Part shown: one piece after another, positions 1-8,447 of the stretch
Layout: each line of letters begins with the position of its first letter
Numbering within the stretch: the first letter of the stretch is position 1
From: Methanobacteriota archaeon
GTDB lineage: Archaea > Thermoplasmatota > Poseidoniia > Poseidoniales > Poseidoniaceae
Direction of reading: 5' to 3'
DNA: 33,674 nt
NCBI GenBank assembly: GCA_018645535.1
Contig: JABGWN010000038.1
Span: 1-33,674, forward strand
Made by a program: the position numbers and the translations under genes
Notes under the pieces: model-generated
What the model was told of the DNA's origin: nothing
Seen by the model: only the letters and a program-made list of their open reading frames with translations
Databases searched by the model: none

Positions 1-119
1 AGATAGGCATTTGCAGCAGTCATGAGAATCCCCAAAACAATTCCGACAACAATTGCTCTCAGAGTCAATTCTAAGGGCTCTTCATCGGCTGGAATGTAGG
101 GTCCATCCAATTCGCTCAT
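1..119 (-). CDS. OPT-family oligopeptide transporter, N-terminal fragment (gene continues off the left edge)
   Basis: Not in the ORF track because it is too short. The reverse complement of 1-119 starts with ATG (117-119) and reads MSELDGPYIPADEEPLELTLRAIVVGIVLGILMTAANAY.. From memory this matches the conserved N-terminus and first TM helix of OPT-superfamily transporters (..(F/L)TLRA.ilG..lG....AANAYLGLK..). Confidence 0.55.
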   Translation of the reverse strand, partial: MSELDGPYIPADEEPLELTLRAIVVGIVLGILMTAANAY

Positions 120-287
120 ACACACCCGAGTCATTGATGGTTTGAGAAAGATTCGGAAACAAATTTTGCATAAAGAGGTATATTTTTATTTTTATTTTCA
201 TGGGAAGTCCTCCATTATAATCATAAATCATAATGTTTCCCAACGGAATGGGTAATCCTTGGTTTTTGACCATTTGAATATCCATGG
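120..287. promoter_or_regulatory. Divergent intergenic region between the OPT gene (-) and the P-type ATPase gene (+), with AT-rich TATA-like tracts
   Basis: Only sizeable non-coding stretch at the left end. It holds AT-rich runs taaagaggtatatttttatttttattttca (171-200) and attataatcataaatcataat (214-234), which could be archaeal TATA/BRE elements for the two divergent genes. No transcription start site can be assigned from sequence alone. Confidence 0.35.
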
Positions 288-3182
288 GTGATATATTTGG
301 TTCAACAAAATTGGCACGCTATGGACAGTGCAGAAGCACTTACAACTCTTGATTCCAATCCTCAAGGACTAGCGCAATCTGAAATCATTGACCGTATAAA
401 TAAGTACGGACCGAATCAACTTGAACAACCTGAGCCGACCTCCGCAATTCTTCGATTTTTGAGTCAGTATAATGACCCACTAAATTATCTGCTAATCGGG
501 GCTGCACTCGTAGCATTAGCGATCCATCCTGAACAACCAGGAGATGCAATATTCATCTTTTTGGTATTAACAGCAAATGCTGTCTTCGGTTTCTGGCAGG
601 AAGGCCAAGCAGAACAAGCAATGGATGCACTCAAGCAAATGAGTATATCCAATTGCGTAACGATAAGAGATGGTTATGAGTCTGAGATTCCAACAGATTC
701 ACTTGTCCCAGGTGATATTGTAAAACTCGAGGAAGGATTGAATGTCCCTGCGGATATACGTCTATTAGAAGTCTATCAGTGCCGGGTTGATGAGTCTGCT
801 TTGACCGGAGAATCTGAGCCGATTACAAAACGTGTGAACCCCTTGGATCCAAACACTCTGCTAGCCGATCGACGGAACATGATGTACATGGGTACAACCG
901 TATCAACGGGCCGTGCAATTGGACTTGTTGTTGAAACAGGTATGACAACTCAGCTGGGCCACATTGCAAGCGATATTTCAGAGGCTGTTACACCAAAAAC
1001 ACCACTCGAATTAAAATTAGAGTCGCTCGGTCGCTTCCTTGGATTTATTGCCCTAATCGTAGCAGTACTTCTCGTATCAATCAAGATGATACTCGCCATT
1101 GGTGGAGAACTAAGTCTTTGGGAAGTTGCAGTTGATCAGTTCATTGTAGCAATAGCAATTTTCGTTGCAATTGTACCTGAAGGTTTACCAATTATTCTCG
1201 TCATAACCCTCGCTCTTGGGATGCGTAATATGGCGCGTCATAAAGCCATTATTCGCCGTATGAAAGCAGTTGAAACACTGGGCTCAACTACAGTCATATG
1301 TTCTGACAAGACAGGTACACTGACTAAAAATGAAATGACTGTTCGACAATTACACACTGTTGAGAGTTTGTACAATGTTAGCGGCGATGGCTTTAGCCCG
1401 AAAGGAACCCTGATTGGCGAAGATGGAGATTTATCCGACCAAGAAATGTCCTCTCTTCAAAGCAATCAATCATTCAGACTTCTCGGTGCATGCCTTTCAC
1501 TTTGCCATAATTCTCAAATTTCAAAAGTTGAAGGTCGATGGTCGGCAATAGGAGATCCTACAGATTCAGCATGTGCGGTTCTAGGATGGAAGTTGAATGG
1601 CCACATTGGCAAATTCGCTCAACGCCATCCAAGAATTCATGAATTTTTCTTCAATACAGAGCGTAAAAGAATGTCTGTCATCCATGAGTATGAAGGTGAG
1701 CGATGGGTCTTTGTCAAAGGTGCAGCGGGCGGATTTGTACCGATTACTACTCACCGATTCAAGGATGGAGAAGTCGTACCAATCGAAAAAGCTGATTTTA
1801 AAGATGCACAGAAAGTTAACGAAGCGATGGGTTCAAAATCGATGAGAGTGATTGCTTTAGCAGCTCGAAAATTAGAACCTGAAGAAGATATGGAAGATAT
1901 TGAAGTTGTTGAAAGCGGATTGATTTTCTTAGGACTTGTGGGAATCATGGATCCTCCAAGACCAGAAGTACGTGATGCAATCAAGATTTGTCAAGATGCT
2001 GGAATTAAGGTGAAGATGATTACCGGTGACCATCATCTAACTGCCGCTGCTATTGGTAAAGAACTTGCAATAAACACCGGTTCGGAATCACCTGTCAGCG
2101 GGGAAGAACTTAGGCAAATGTCCGATGAAGAACTCTCTTCTTCTGTAGAAGGTTCAATCTTTTCAAGAGTAACGCCAGATCAAAAAATGAGGATTGTAGC
2201 CTCGTTACAAGCGAAAGGGGAAATCGTCGCAATGACTGGAGACGGTGTTAACGACGCTCCTGCATTATCAGGTGCCAACATCGGTATTGCGATGGGTATT
2301 GCAGGAACTGATGTGGCTAAAGATGCTGCAGATATGGTTCTTCAAGATGATAACTTCGCAAACATTGTACATGCGATTGAAGAAGGAAGAAAGATCTATC
2401 AAAATATACGCAACTTCGTCCGTTATCAAGTCTCAACGAATGTTGCAGCAGTTGCACTCATTGTCATCTCTACGTTCATATTTGGTTGGAATTTACCGTT
2501 AACAGCAACCCAAATCCTAGTGATCAATATTCTGATGGATGGCCCCCCAGCCGTAGCTTTAGGTGTCGAAAAACGCCATGGGAATGTGATGGGTCGTCCA
2601 CCTAGGCCAGTCGACGAGGGCCTTCCTAATTCGAGAGATATTAGTCTAATCTTTTACCTAGGGGCAGTGATGGTCATTGGCACACTCATAATTTTCTACC
2701 TTTCTGGAGGCGGTGTGATTACAGATGATGCTTGTTCTGTTGGCCCATTAGATACTGGAGAGTACACCTGGATGGAAAGTTGTCTCGCAGGAGAAGAAAG
2801 TGGTATTAGTGACTGGAATAATCATGCCGAAGATCTGTTTTCAAAAGCACAAACAATGACCTTTGCTGTTTTTATCATATATCAGTTATTTAACGTTCTC
2901 AATTGTCGTTCGGGCGATGCAAGTTTATTCACTTTAGGAGTCTTTTCAAATAAAGCCATCAATTATGCTATTCTAATTTCAGCTAGTCTACTCTTCGTGT
3001 TCGTACACTTCGCTTCAAGCACGATTCCACTTGTTGGAATTGAATTCGGAAATTTATTGAGTACAATATCACTTAAATCGACAGATTGGTTTGTCCTGAC
3101 ATTAGTCGCGTCAACGGTCTTTTTGATTGAAGAATTCCGGAAATTTATGATCAATAATGGATTCTTTAACGTCCGTCGTTGA
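288..3182 (+). CDS. P-type (type II, Ca2+/cation-transporting) ATPase
   Basis: 964-aa ORF with the full P-type motif set: TGES (LTGESEP), phosphorylation site CSDKTGTLT, M4 PEGLP (VPEGLPIIL), TGD (MITGDHH), hinge GDGVNDAPAL, and about 10 TM helices. The N-terminus (WHAM..EAL..L.....GL...E...R...YGPNQLE) is typical of Ca2+-ATPase-like pumps. The GTG at 288 keeps the conserved WH; an alternative ATG lies at 321. Confidence 0.9.
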   Translation: MIYLVQQNWHAMDSAEALTTLDSNPQGLAQSEIIDRINKYGPNQLEQPEPTSAILRFLSQYNDPLNYLLIGAALVALAIHPEQPGDAIFIFLVLTANAVFGFWQEGQAEQAMDALKQMSISNCVTIRDGYESEIPTDSLVPGDIVKLEEGLNVPADIRLLEVYQCRVDESALTGESEPITKRVNPLDPNTLLADRRNMMYMGTTVSTGRAIGLVVETGMTTQLGHIASDISEAVTPKTPLELKLESLGRFLGFIALIVAVLLVSIKMILAIGGELSLWEVAVDQFIVAIAIFVAIVPEGLPIILVITLALGMRNMARHKAIIRRMKAVETLGSTTVICSDKTGTLTKNEMTVRQLHTVESLYNVSGDGFSPKGTLIGEDGDLSDQEMSSLQSNQSFRLLGACLSLCHNSQISKVEGRWSAIGDPTDSACAVLGWKLNGHIGKFAQRHPRIHEFFFNTERKRMSVIHEYEGERWVFVKGAAGGFVPITTHRFKDGEVVPIEKADFKDAQKVNEAMGSKSMRVIALAARKLEPEEDMEDIEVVESGLIFLGLVGIMDPPRPEVRDAIKICQDAGIKVKMITGDHHLTAAAIGKELAINTGSESPVSGEELRQMSDEELSSSVEGSIFSRVTPDQKMRIVASLQAKGEIVAMTGDGVNDAPALSGANIGIAMGIAGTDVAKDAADMVLQDDNFANIVHAIEEGRKIYQNIRNFVRYQVSTNVAAVALIVISTFIFGWNLPLTATQILVINILMDGPPAVALGVEKRHGNVMGRPPRPVDEGLPNSRDISLIFYLGAVMVIGTLIIFYLSGGGVITDDACSVGPLDTGEYTWMESCLAGEESGISDWNNHAEDLFSKAQTMTFAVFIIYQLFNVLNCRSGDASLFTLGVFSNKAINYAILISASLLFVFVHFASSTIPLVGIEFGNLLSTISLKSTDWFVLTLVASTVFLIEEFRKFMINNGFFNVRR

Positions 3183-3230
3183 TTGTGGTTACATCCACAT
3201 CTTGATGAAGAATGAGCGTGAGGCATAGGC

Positions 3231-4430
3231 ATGTCCAACTGGAAATCTGCCGTAGTCGATGCAGATAGGAACAAGGATTGGAAAGTTCGCCTAAAGGCCT
3301 CTCTTCAGGATGTTCATTGGTCAGAGTCATTGCAATCTATTGTCAACAAGATTTTAGATGATGAACAACTTGATGCGTCTGATGGTTGCATTTTATTCGA
3401 AACCAAAAATCTGAACGAATTGGGTCATCTTGCTAATTTACACAAATTGGCCATGTTTGGAAACAACGCCTACTTCAATTCTAATGTTCACATTAATCAA
3501 ACCAATATATGCGTACTTGCATGCAGATTCTGTGCATTCAGGAGAGGGCCAAAGGCTTCAGATGCTTACGCATTATCAATCGATACATATCTTTCTGAAC
3601 TCGAAAAGTTTTCTTCATTTGTTAACGAAGTCCATTCGGTTGGTGGGCTCCATCCAGAATGGGATGTTGATCACTATTGTTCATTGTTTGAACGAATCAG
3701 GGAAGAACACCCGCATGTCTCGATAAAAGCCCTCACTGCGGTTGAAATAAAGCATCTTTCTCAAGTTTCTAATCTATCCATAAAAGAGGTATTGATTAGA
3801 TTCAAAGATGCTGGATTAACTTCTTTACCAGGTGGTGGAGCAGAGATTCTAGATGATGATGTACGCCAAGTTATCTGTAACGGAAAGGAATCCAGTCAAG
3901 AATATTTAGACATTCATGAAGCAGCTCATGAGATTGGACTCCCTAGCAACTGTACAATGCTCTTTGGAACAATCGAAACTGCAAAACAACGAGTAGAACA
4001 TATGATTCAATTAAGGGATTTAGGCCACAGAACGAACGGTTTCCAATGTTTTGTCCCCTATCCTTTCCTTCCTGACTCTACACGATTACCTATGGCTCAG
4101 TTATCCACTGGACAAGAAATCCTTAGAGTTATTGCAGTATCCCGCATTATGCTCGATAGTATACCACACATCAAGGCATATCGAATGAATATAGGAGATT
4201 CTATGGCCGAACTTGCATTACAATTCGGAGCAGATGATATTGATGGCACCGTTAAGCAAGAATCAATTATGCATCTTGCCGGTTCTAAAACGCCACTGAA
4301 TTATGGGGTCAATCAACTCGCTAAACTCGTCACTCGCTCTGGGAATATACCTATCAAACGAAATACAACATACTCTGAGTTTGAGGAGTTTGTTCCTGTT
4401 AAAGAACCGCGTAGACTGCCTGTTGTATGA
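3231..4430 (+). CDS. Radical-SAM enzyme of the futalosine menaquinone pathway (MqnE aminofutalosine synthase or MqnC; cannot be discriminated by eye)
   Basis: CxxxCxxC cluster motif in the context HINQTNICVLACRFCAFRRGP, about 400 aa, CofH/MqnC/MqnE-like layout. It lies immediately upstream (9 nt) of an MqnA-like gene. The pre-motif context YFNSNVHINQTN leans towards MqnE, but weakly. Confidence 0.7.
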   Translation: MSNWKSAVVDADRNKDWKVRLKASLQDVHWSESLQSIVNKILDDEQLDASDGCILFETKNLNELGHLANLHKLAMFGNNAYFNSNVHINQTNICVLACRFCAFRRGPKASDAYALSIDTYLSELEKFSSFVNEVHSVGGLHPEWDVDHYCSLFERIREEHPHVSIKALTAVEIKHLSQVSNLSIKEVLIRFKDAGLTSLPGGGAEILDDDVRQVICNGKESSQEYLDIHEAAHEIGLPSNCTMLFGTIETAKQRVEHMIQLRDLGHRTNGFQCFVPYPFLPDSTRLPMAQLSTGQEILRVIAVSRIMLDSIPHIKAYRMNIGDSMAELALQFGADDIDGTVKQESIMHLAGSKTPLNYGVNQLAKLVTRSGNIPIKRNTTYSEFEEFVPVKEPRRLPVV

Positions 4431-4439
4431 GGAATTGAA

Positions 4440-5246
4440 ATGAATTTGGGAAGTGAATTGTTGTGGGCCAATACCATAGGCCGAGTAGCCTTCATGAATT
4501 GCGATCCATTATTTCTTGGACTCGACCCTACATTCAATGTCTTACCAGCACCCCCTTCATGGTTAACTGGGCATCTATTGAGAAGAGATTGCGTTCTTGC
4601 ACCAATACCAGCAGCTGATTTTGCGCGTCACCATCAAGAACTCGTCCTTATACCAGAGATTGGAATAAGTTCGAAAGGTGAAGTTGGAAGCGTACTCGTC
4701 TTCGGAAATCGACCTGTAGAGGAAATGAGAGACATCGCAATGCCCAGTGATTCCGCTTCTTCGGTTGCTTTACTCAAATATCTGTTAAAGGTAAGAGGTC
4801 TTGATCCGCGCCCTGTTGAAATGGGCCCAGATCTTGATAGCATGCTCGATAGATGTGATGGAGCTTTACTGATAGGTGACAGAGCACTTGACAGAGCAAA
4901 AACCAATCCTGAACTTGTTCAATTGGACCTAGGACAAGCGTGGCTTGAGCACTCAGGCCATCCGATGGTGTTCGGAGTATTTGCGGCGAGAAAAGATACG
5001 CCTATTGAATTCGTAAAACGAGCACATTCCGCTTTAATTGAGCGGTTAGAGTTATTTGAAAACGATCCTATGACGAGGGAGAAAGTAATTCTAAATGCGC
5101 ATCAACAGTCTGATATGTCGATTGAACGTATGAATCGATACTTTGGTGAAGTCTTTAATCGACTGGATACTGAACATGTTTCAGGTTTACAAGAATATCT
5201 TACATTATGCTGCGGGATGAAGGAAAAGATAGAATTCATGTGGTGA
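4440..5246 (+). CDS. mqnA: Chorismate dehydratase MqnA (futalosine pathway)
   Basis: 268 aa. N-terminal IGRVAFMNCDPLFLGL and C-terminal LLIGDRAL....DLGQAW...SGHPMVFGVFAARKD match the remembered MqnA signature (i.ylN..Pl; lLIGD.AL; DLg.eW...tGlPfVFA.W). Sits next to the radical-SAM mqn gene. Confidence 0.75.
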   Translation: MNLGSELLWANTIGRVAFMNCDPLFLGLDPTFNVLPAPPSWLTGHLLRRDCVLAPIPAADFARHHQELVLIPEIGISSKGEVGSVLVFGNRPVEEMRDIAMPSDSASSVALLKYLLKVRGLDPRPVEMGPDLDSMLDRCDGALLIGDRALDRAKTNPELVQLDLGQAWLEHSGHPMVFGVFAARKDTPIEFVKRAHSALIERLELFENDPMTREKVILNAHQQSDMSIERMNRYFGEVFNRLDTEHVSGLQEYLTLCCGMKEKIEFMW

Positions 5247-7436
5247 TTATTCTTCATACCTATCCAGAACATTTGACATTTCGACATCTTCAACATCAGA
5301 TGATTGCCGTACAGCCCTGCGCTTTCGTACTGCAGGTTTAGCCTCATCTTCGACTAAACGTCGTCGCTTGGCGACCTTAACTGTGGAATCCTCTTCGGTT
5401 GCGCGTGCCCTTCTCTTCCGAGTTACAGGTACCGGAATTTGATCTCGCTCGGCACGTATAGTTCTAGATCGAATGCGAGGAGAGGGATTCTCAGATTTAT
5501 CTTCCTCTGCAATAATAGATGTTTGAATTCCTTCAATCTCACCAAAAGAGGTATCATCTATTTCTTCATCATCATCAAATGTTTGCTCGTCTTCTTCTTC
5601 GTCATCTAAATTAATTGAATATGTATTTTCTTTATTCTTTAATTTAAGTGCAAAAAACCCAAAGATAAGTATGGATGAAACTATCAGGGAAATGAACCAC
5701 CATGAAGTAAATACGGACGCATCCACCAAATTCTCATTGGCACTCTCAACTTCTTCATTCAAACTTAAGGAGATGGTGTCTTCTTGTAAAAACCAAGGTG
5801 AAAATGATTCGGTTTCATATGCTTGGCCGGATACGGATACTGAAATCGGATGTTGTTCGCTAAGGATTGTGATACTTCCATCAACAGCAGTCGGCTGGTA
5901 TAAAATTCGGACTGCATTGCTGCCAATTTCAATGTCTCCCGTCATGTTAAATTTGGTAGAAATTGAATATCTTATGTGTGTTCTATCGTCATCAACTTGT
6001 GTCAATTCCATGCCTGATATGACGCTACAACTCATTGATAAATAATCTAAAGAAATTCCATTAATATCAATTGCATCTAGGATAGATTTTGAATAATTTT
6101 GTTCATGGATATTCTCGCAATATGATTCTGCAAAGAGCAATGCTTCTTCGGTTGATAGTTTTAGATCGGAATCCAGTGAGTAACGTGATAAGTCTCGGAC
6201 AATTGATGAGTCAGATTTGTTTAGCGTGAAGGTTTCTATTACCTCTAATTCAGATTCATTAAGAATCAAATCCATAGTACGCATGTACGTTTCATCTGGC
6301 AACAAATCACAACTGAAACTTCCTCCTGCATCGCAATTAAGGTCCCAAATATCTTCTATGCCATCTCCGTCATCATCATCATCAATAGAATTTGGAATTC
6401 CATCGCTATCAAAATCAGAACCAGATTCACCTACTCCGTTTCTTAGGTGAATTGAACGATACGTTACAACATGTTCGGTTGTAGAACTGAATAATGCATA
6501 TTCAATAATCCCAGGGCTTGATTCCAACAGTTCAAAATCCGAAAACGGATGAAAAATTGCTACTTCTGTAATTTCACTTGAGTCAGATGAATCATATGTT
6601 GAAAGAAATTGGCCGATGGTGGTTCTATGAGCGTATACATGCTGCCCATTTGAAGACCACTTGTAAGAATTGATACCGGGCACGTCTAAGGGTCTGAGTT
6701 CAGAACCTGACAGGGTCCACTTTCGAATTTTATCTCCATCAATACTCACTGTAAACATGGATTCAGTTGGATCAAATGAACAATCATTAACACTATTATC
6801 GAGGATAAGTTCGTGGTGTATATAATCGCCGTTTGAATTCCAAATCATGAGTCTTCCGTTTTCGTCGGCACCCATTATGTACGAACCAGAAGGTGATATG
6901 TCTGCACATTTTACATTGCCTGATAGATTTCCACTGTACTGAGCTTCGGTACTCAAATCTTCCCGATTGAGTTTGATTAATCCCGTTGTAGGATGGTTTG
7001 TGATCAGTGATGCTCCATTATTTGTCCATGAAAGGAGAACAGCATTAGAAGCAGTGGCCTGAGAAGATATTTTTGTATTGAAAGTATCAGTATCAATTAC
7101 GTAGAACGTATCGGATGCTGTACCGCTGTCCCTGATGGTAAGAGCTAATCTCGAACCATCTGGAGAAAGTGCAATCGACAAAATTTCTTGCTCAAATAAT
7201 TTCGATTGAATGGTATCTTGGTTAGTAGGTGTATATTGGATCAAAGTCTTTCCAAATGAAGCGTAGGCTACTGTTCCGTCTTGATTAAGTTCAATAGACA
7301 TAAAACCTTGGTTTTGTATTCCCGAATCATACGTCGATTCAAAAAATAAATTATTTGAATCTGCACTAATCATAGGAGCCATGAACAGTATGGTCAAAGG
7401 GATGATGAGAAACCTCAACATGGATGACTTCGCCAT
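5247..7436 (-). CDS. Secreted, C-terminally membrane-anchored beta-propeller (WD40/PD40-like) protein with a thrombospondin-type-3-like Ca2+-binding repeat and a highly charged cytoplasmic tail
   Basis: N-terminal signal peptide (MAKSSMLRFLIIPLTILFMAPMISADS). Repeated ..SPDGS.., ..SPSGSY.., ..NGDY.. blade-like segments over about 330 aa. Asp-rich DSDGIPNSIDDDDDGDGIEDIWD (about 6345-6425). One TM helix WWFISLIVSSILIFGFFALKL (about 5640-5705). Tail has an acidic block then a basic block (RKRRARATEE..KRRRLVEDEAKPAVRKRRAV). No family recognised beyond these modules. Confidence 0.7.
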   Translation of the reverse strand: MAKSSMLRFLIIPLTILFMAPMISADSNNLFFESTYDSGIQNQGFMSIELNQDGTVAYASFGKTLIQYTPTNQDTIQSKLFEQEILSIALSPDGSRLALTIRDSGTASDTFYVIDTDTFNTKISSQATASNAVLLSWTNNGASLITNHPTTGLIKLNREDLSTEAQYSGNLSGNVKCADISPSGSYIMGADENGRLMIWNSNGDYIHHELILDNSVNDCSFDPTESMFTVSIDGDKIRKWTLSGSELRPLDVPGINSYKWSSNGQHVYAHRTTIGQFLSTYDSSDSSEITEVAIFHPFSDFELLESSPGIIEYALFSSTTEHVVTYRSIHLRNGVGESGSDFDSDGIPNSIDDDDDGDGIEDIWDLNCDAGGSFSCDLLPDETYMRTMDLILNESELEVIETFTLNKSDSSIVRDLSRYSLDSDLKLSTEEALLFAESYCENIHEQNYSKSILDAIDINGISLDYLSMSCSVISGMELTQVDDDRTHIRYSISTKFNMTGDIEIGSNAVRILYQPTAVDGSITILSEQHPISVSVSGQAYETESFSPWFLQEDTISLSLNEEVESANENLVDASVFTSWWFISLIVSSILIFGFFALKLKNKENTYSINLDDEEEDEQTFDDDEEIDDTSFGEIEGIQTSIIAEEDKSENPSPRIRSRTIRAERDQIPVPVTRKRRARATEEDSTVKVAKRRRLVEDEAKPAVRKRRAVRQSSDVEDVEMSNVLDRYEE

Positions 7437-7501
7437 GTTTCATAATGGTCAATGCAATACTTAAACCATCCCCTCTGTGTATCATTTCTGATACTTGGTT
7501 G

Positions 7502-7512
7502 TATAAAATTTT
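7502..7512. promoter_or_regulatory. Candidate archaeal TATA box in the divergent spacer between the beta-propeller gene and mqnD
   Basis: tataaaatttt lies about 45 nt upstream of the ATG at 7552. It is the only strong TATA-like element in the 115-nt spacer (7437-7551). On the other strand a tttaagtatt element lies 25-35 nt upstream of the 7436 start. Confidence 0.3.
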
Positions 7513-7551
7513 CATCGGTTAGTTCATGAAGGTCTTCAAGTTGGAAAGAAC

Positions 7552-8436
7552 ATGGCATCTTTACCGCTTGATGAGAATGGCAACATGATTGTTCGAATTG
7601 GACATTCTCCAGATCCAGATGATGCTTTTATGTTTCATGCGATGACAACGAATGCATTTCCTACACCAGGATATAATTTTGTTCATGAACTACAAGACAT
7701 AGAGACTCTCAACCATAGAGCCATGCGACAGGAGTTGGAAGTCTCTGCGGTTTCAATTCACGCATTTCCTGACATTGCTGAACATTATGCTTTGATGAAC
7801 TGCGGCGCTTCAATGGGGGAAGGCTACGGTCCTATGATTGTTTCAAAACAAGGCTTGAGCCTAGATGAAGCAAAAGAATCAACCATAGCCATTCCTGGAC
7901 TGAAGACCTCTGCTTACATGGGTCTCAAACTCGCATGGGGAGATGTTAATGTCGAAGTCGTACCTTTCGACGAGATTATTCCACGAATCCTTGACGATAC
8001 CTATTCATGTGGCCTTATTATCCACGAAGGACAATTAACGTACGTCGAACATGACCTGAACGTTCTCATTGACTTAGGAGTTTGGTGGAATGAACGAACC
8101 GATGGATGGCCTATGCCTTTGGGTGGTAACGTTGTCCGCAGAGACTTAGGTGACAAAATTATGGAGGACATAACTATGTACACCAAAATGAGCATCGAAC
8201 ATTCAATTAAACATCCAGAAGAAGCTTTAGAATTCGCAAAAGCATGGGGTAGAGGTATCGATGATGAAACAAATCAAAAATTTGTTACCATGTACGTGAA
8301 TGATCGGACCATTGACTACAAACCAGAAGGTAGAGCCTCAATTCGACGATTCCTAAGGGAAGGAAAAGAAATTGGATTAATAGATCCAGAATTCTCTGAA
8401 GAGTCAATGCAATTTATCGGTGCCACTGAAGAATAG
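7552..8436 (+). CDS. mqnD: 1,4-dihydroxy-6-naphthoate synthase MqnD-like (MqnA/MqnD VitK2-biosynthesis family)
   Basis: 294 aa. RIGHSPDPDDAFMFHAM...F.HELQDIETLN....ELEVSAVS and IIHEGQLTY....L..LIDLGVWWNERTDGWPMPLGGNVVRRDLG match the remembered MqnD pattern (SPCPND.f.f; DIe.LN; liHE.r.ty; DLGewW...TglPlPLG). Confidence 0.7.
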   Translation: MASLPLDENGNMIVRIGHSPDPDDAFMFHAMTTNAFPTPGYNFVHELQDIETLNHRAMRQELEVSAVSIHAFPDIAEHYALMNCGASMGEGYGPMIVSKQGLSLDEAKESTIAIPGLKTSAYMGLKLAWGDVNVEVVPFDEIIPRILDDTYSCGLIIHEGQLTYVEHDLNVLIDLGVWWNERTDGWPMPLGGNVVRRDLGDKIMEDITMYTKMSIEHSIKHPEEALEFAKAWGRGIDDETNQKFVTMYVNDRTIDYKPEGRASIRRFLREGKEIGLIDPEFSEESMQFIGATEE

Positions 8437-8447
8437 GGTGTGTTCGC

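Noticed and set aside
82-285. 67-aa minus-strand ORF in the first intergenic region
   Set aside because: It overlaps the 5' end of the better-supported OPT transporter fragment (1-119) in another frame. It runs through the AT-rich promoter-like tract (KIKIKIYLF comes from the tttttatttttatttt run) and has no recognisable motif or ribosome-binding site. It is most likely spurious.
5250-5470. KRRR/RKRR clusters in the propeller-protein tail resembling bipartite nuclear localisation signals
   Set aside because: Archaea have no nucleus, so NLS function is meaningless here. The clusters are treated only as a polycationic tail of unknown role.
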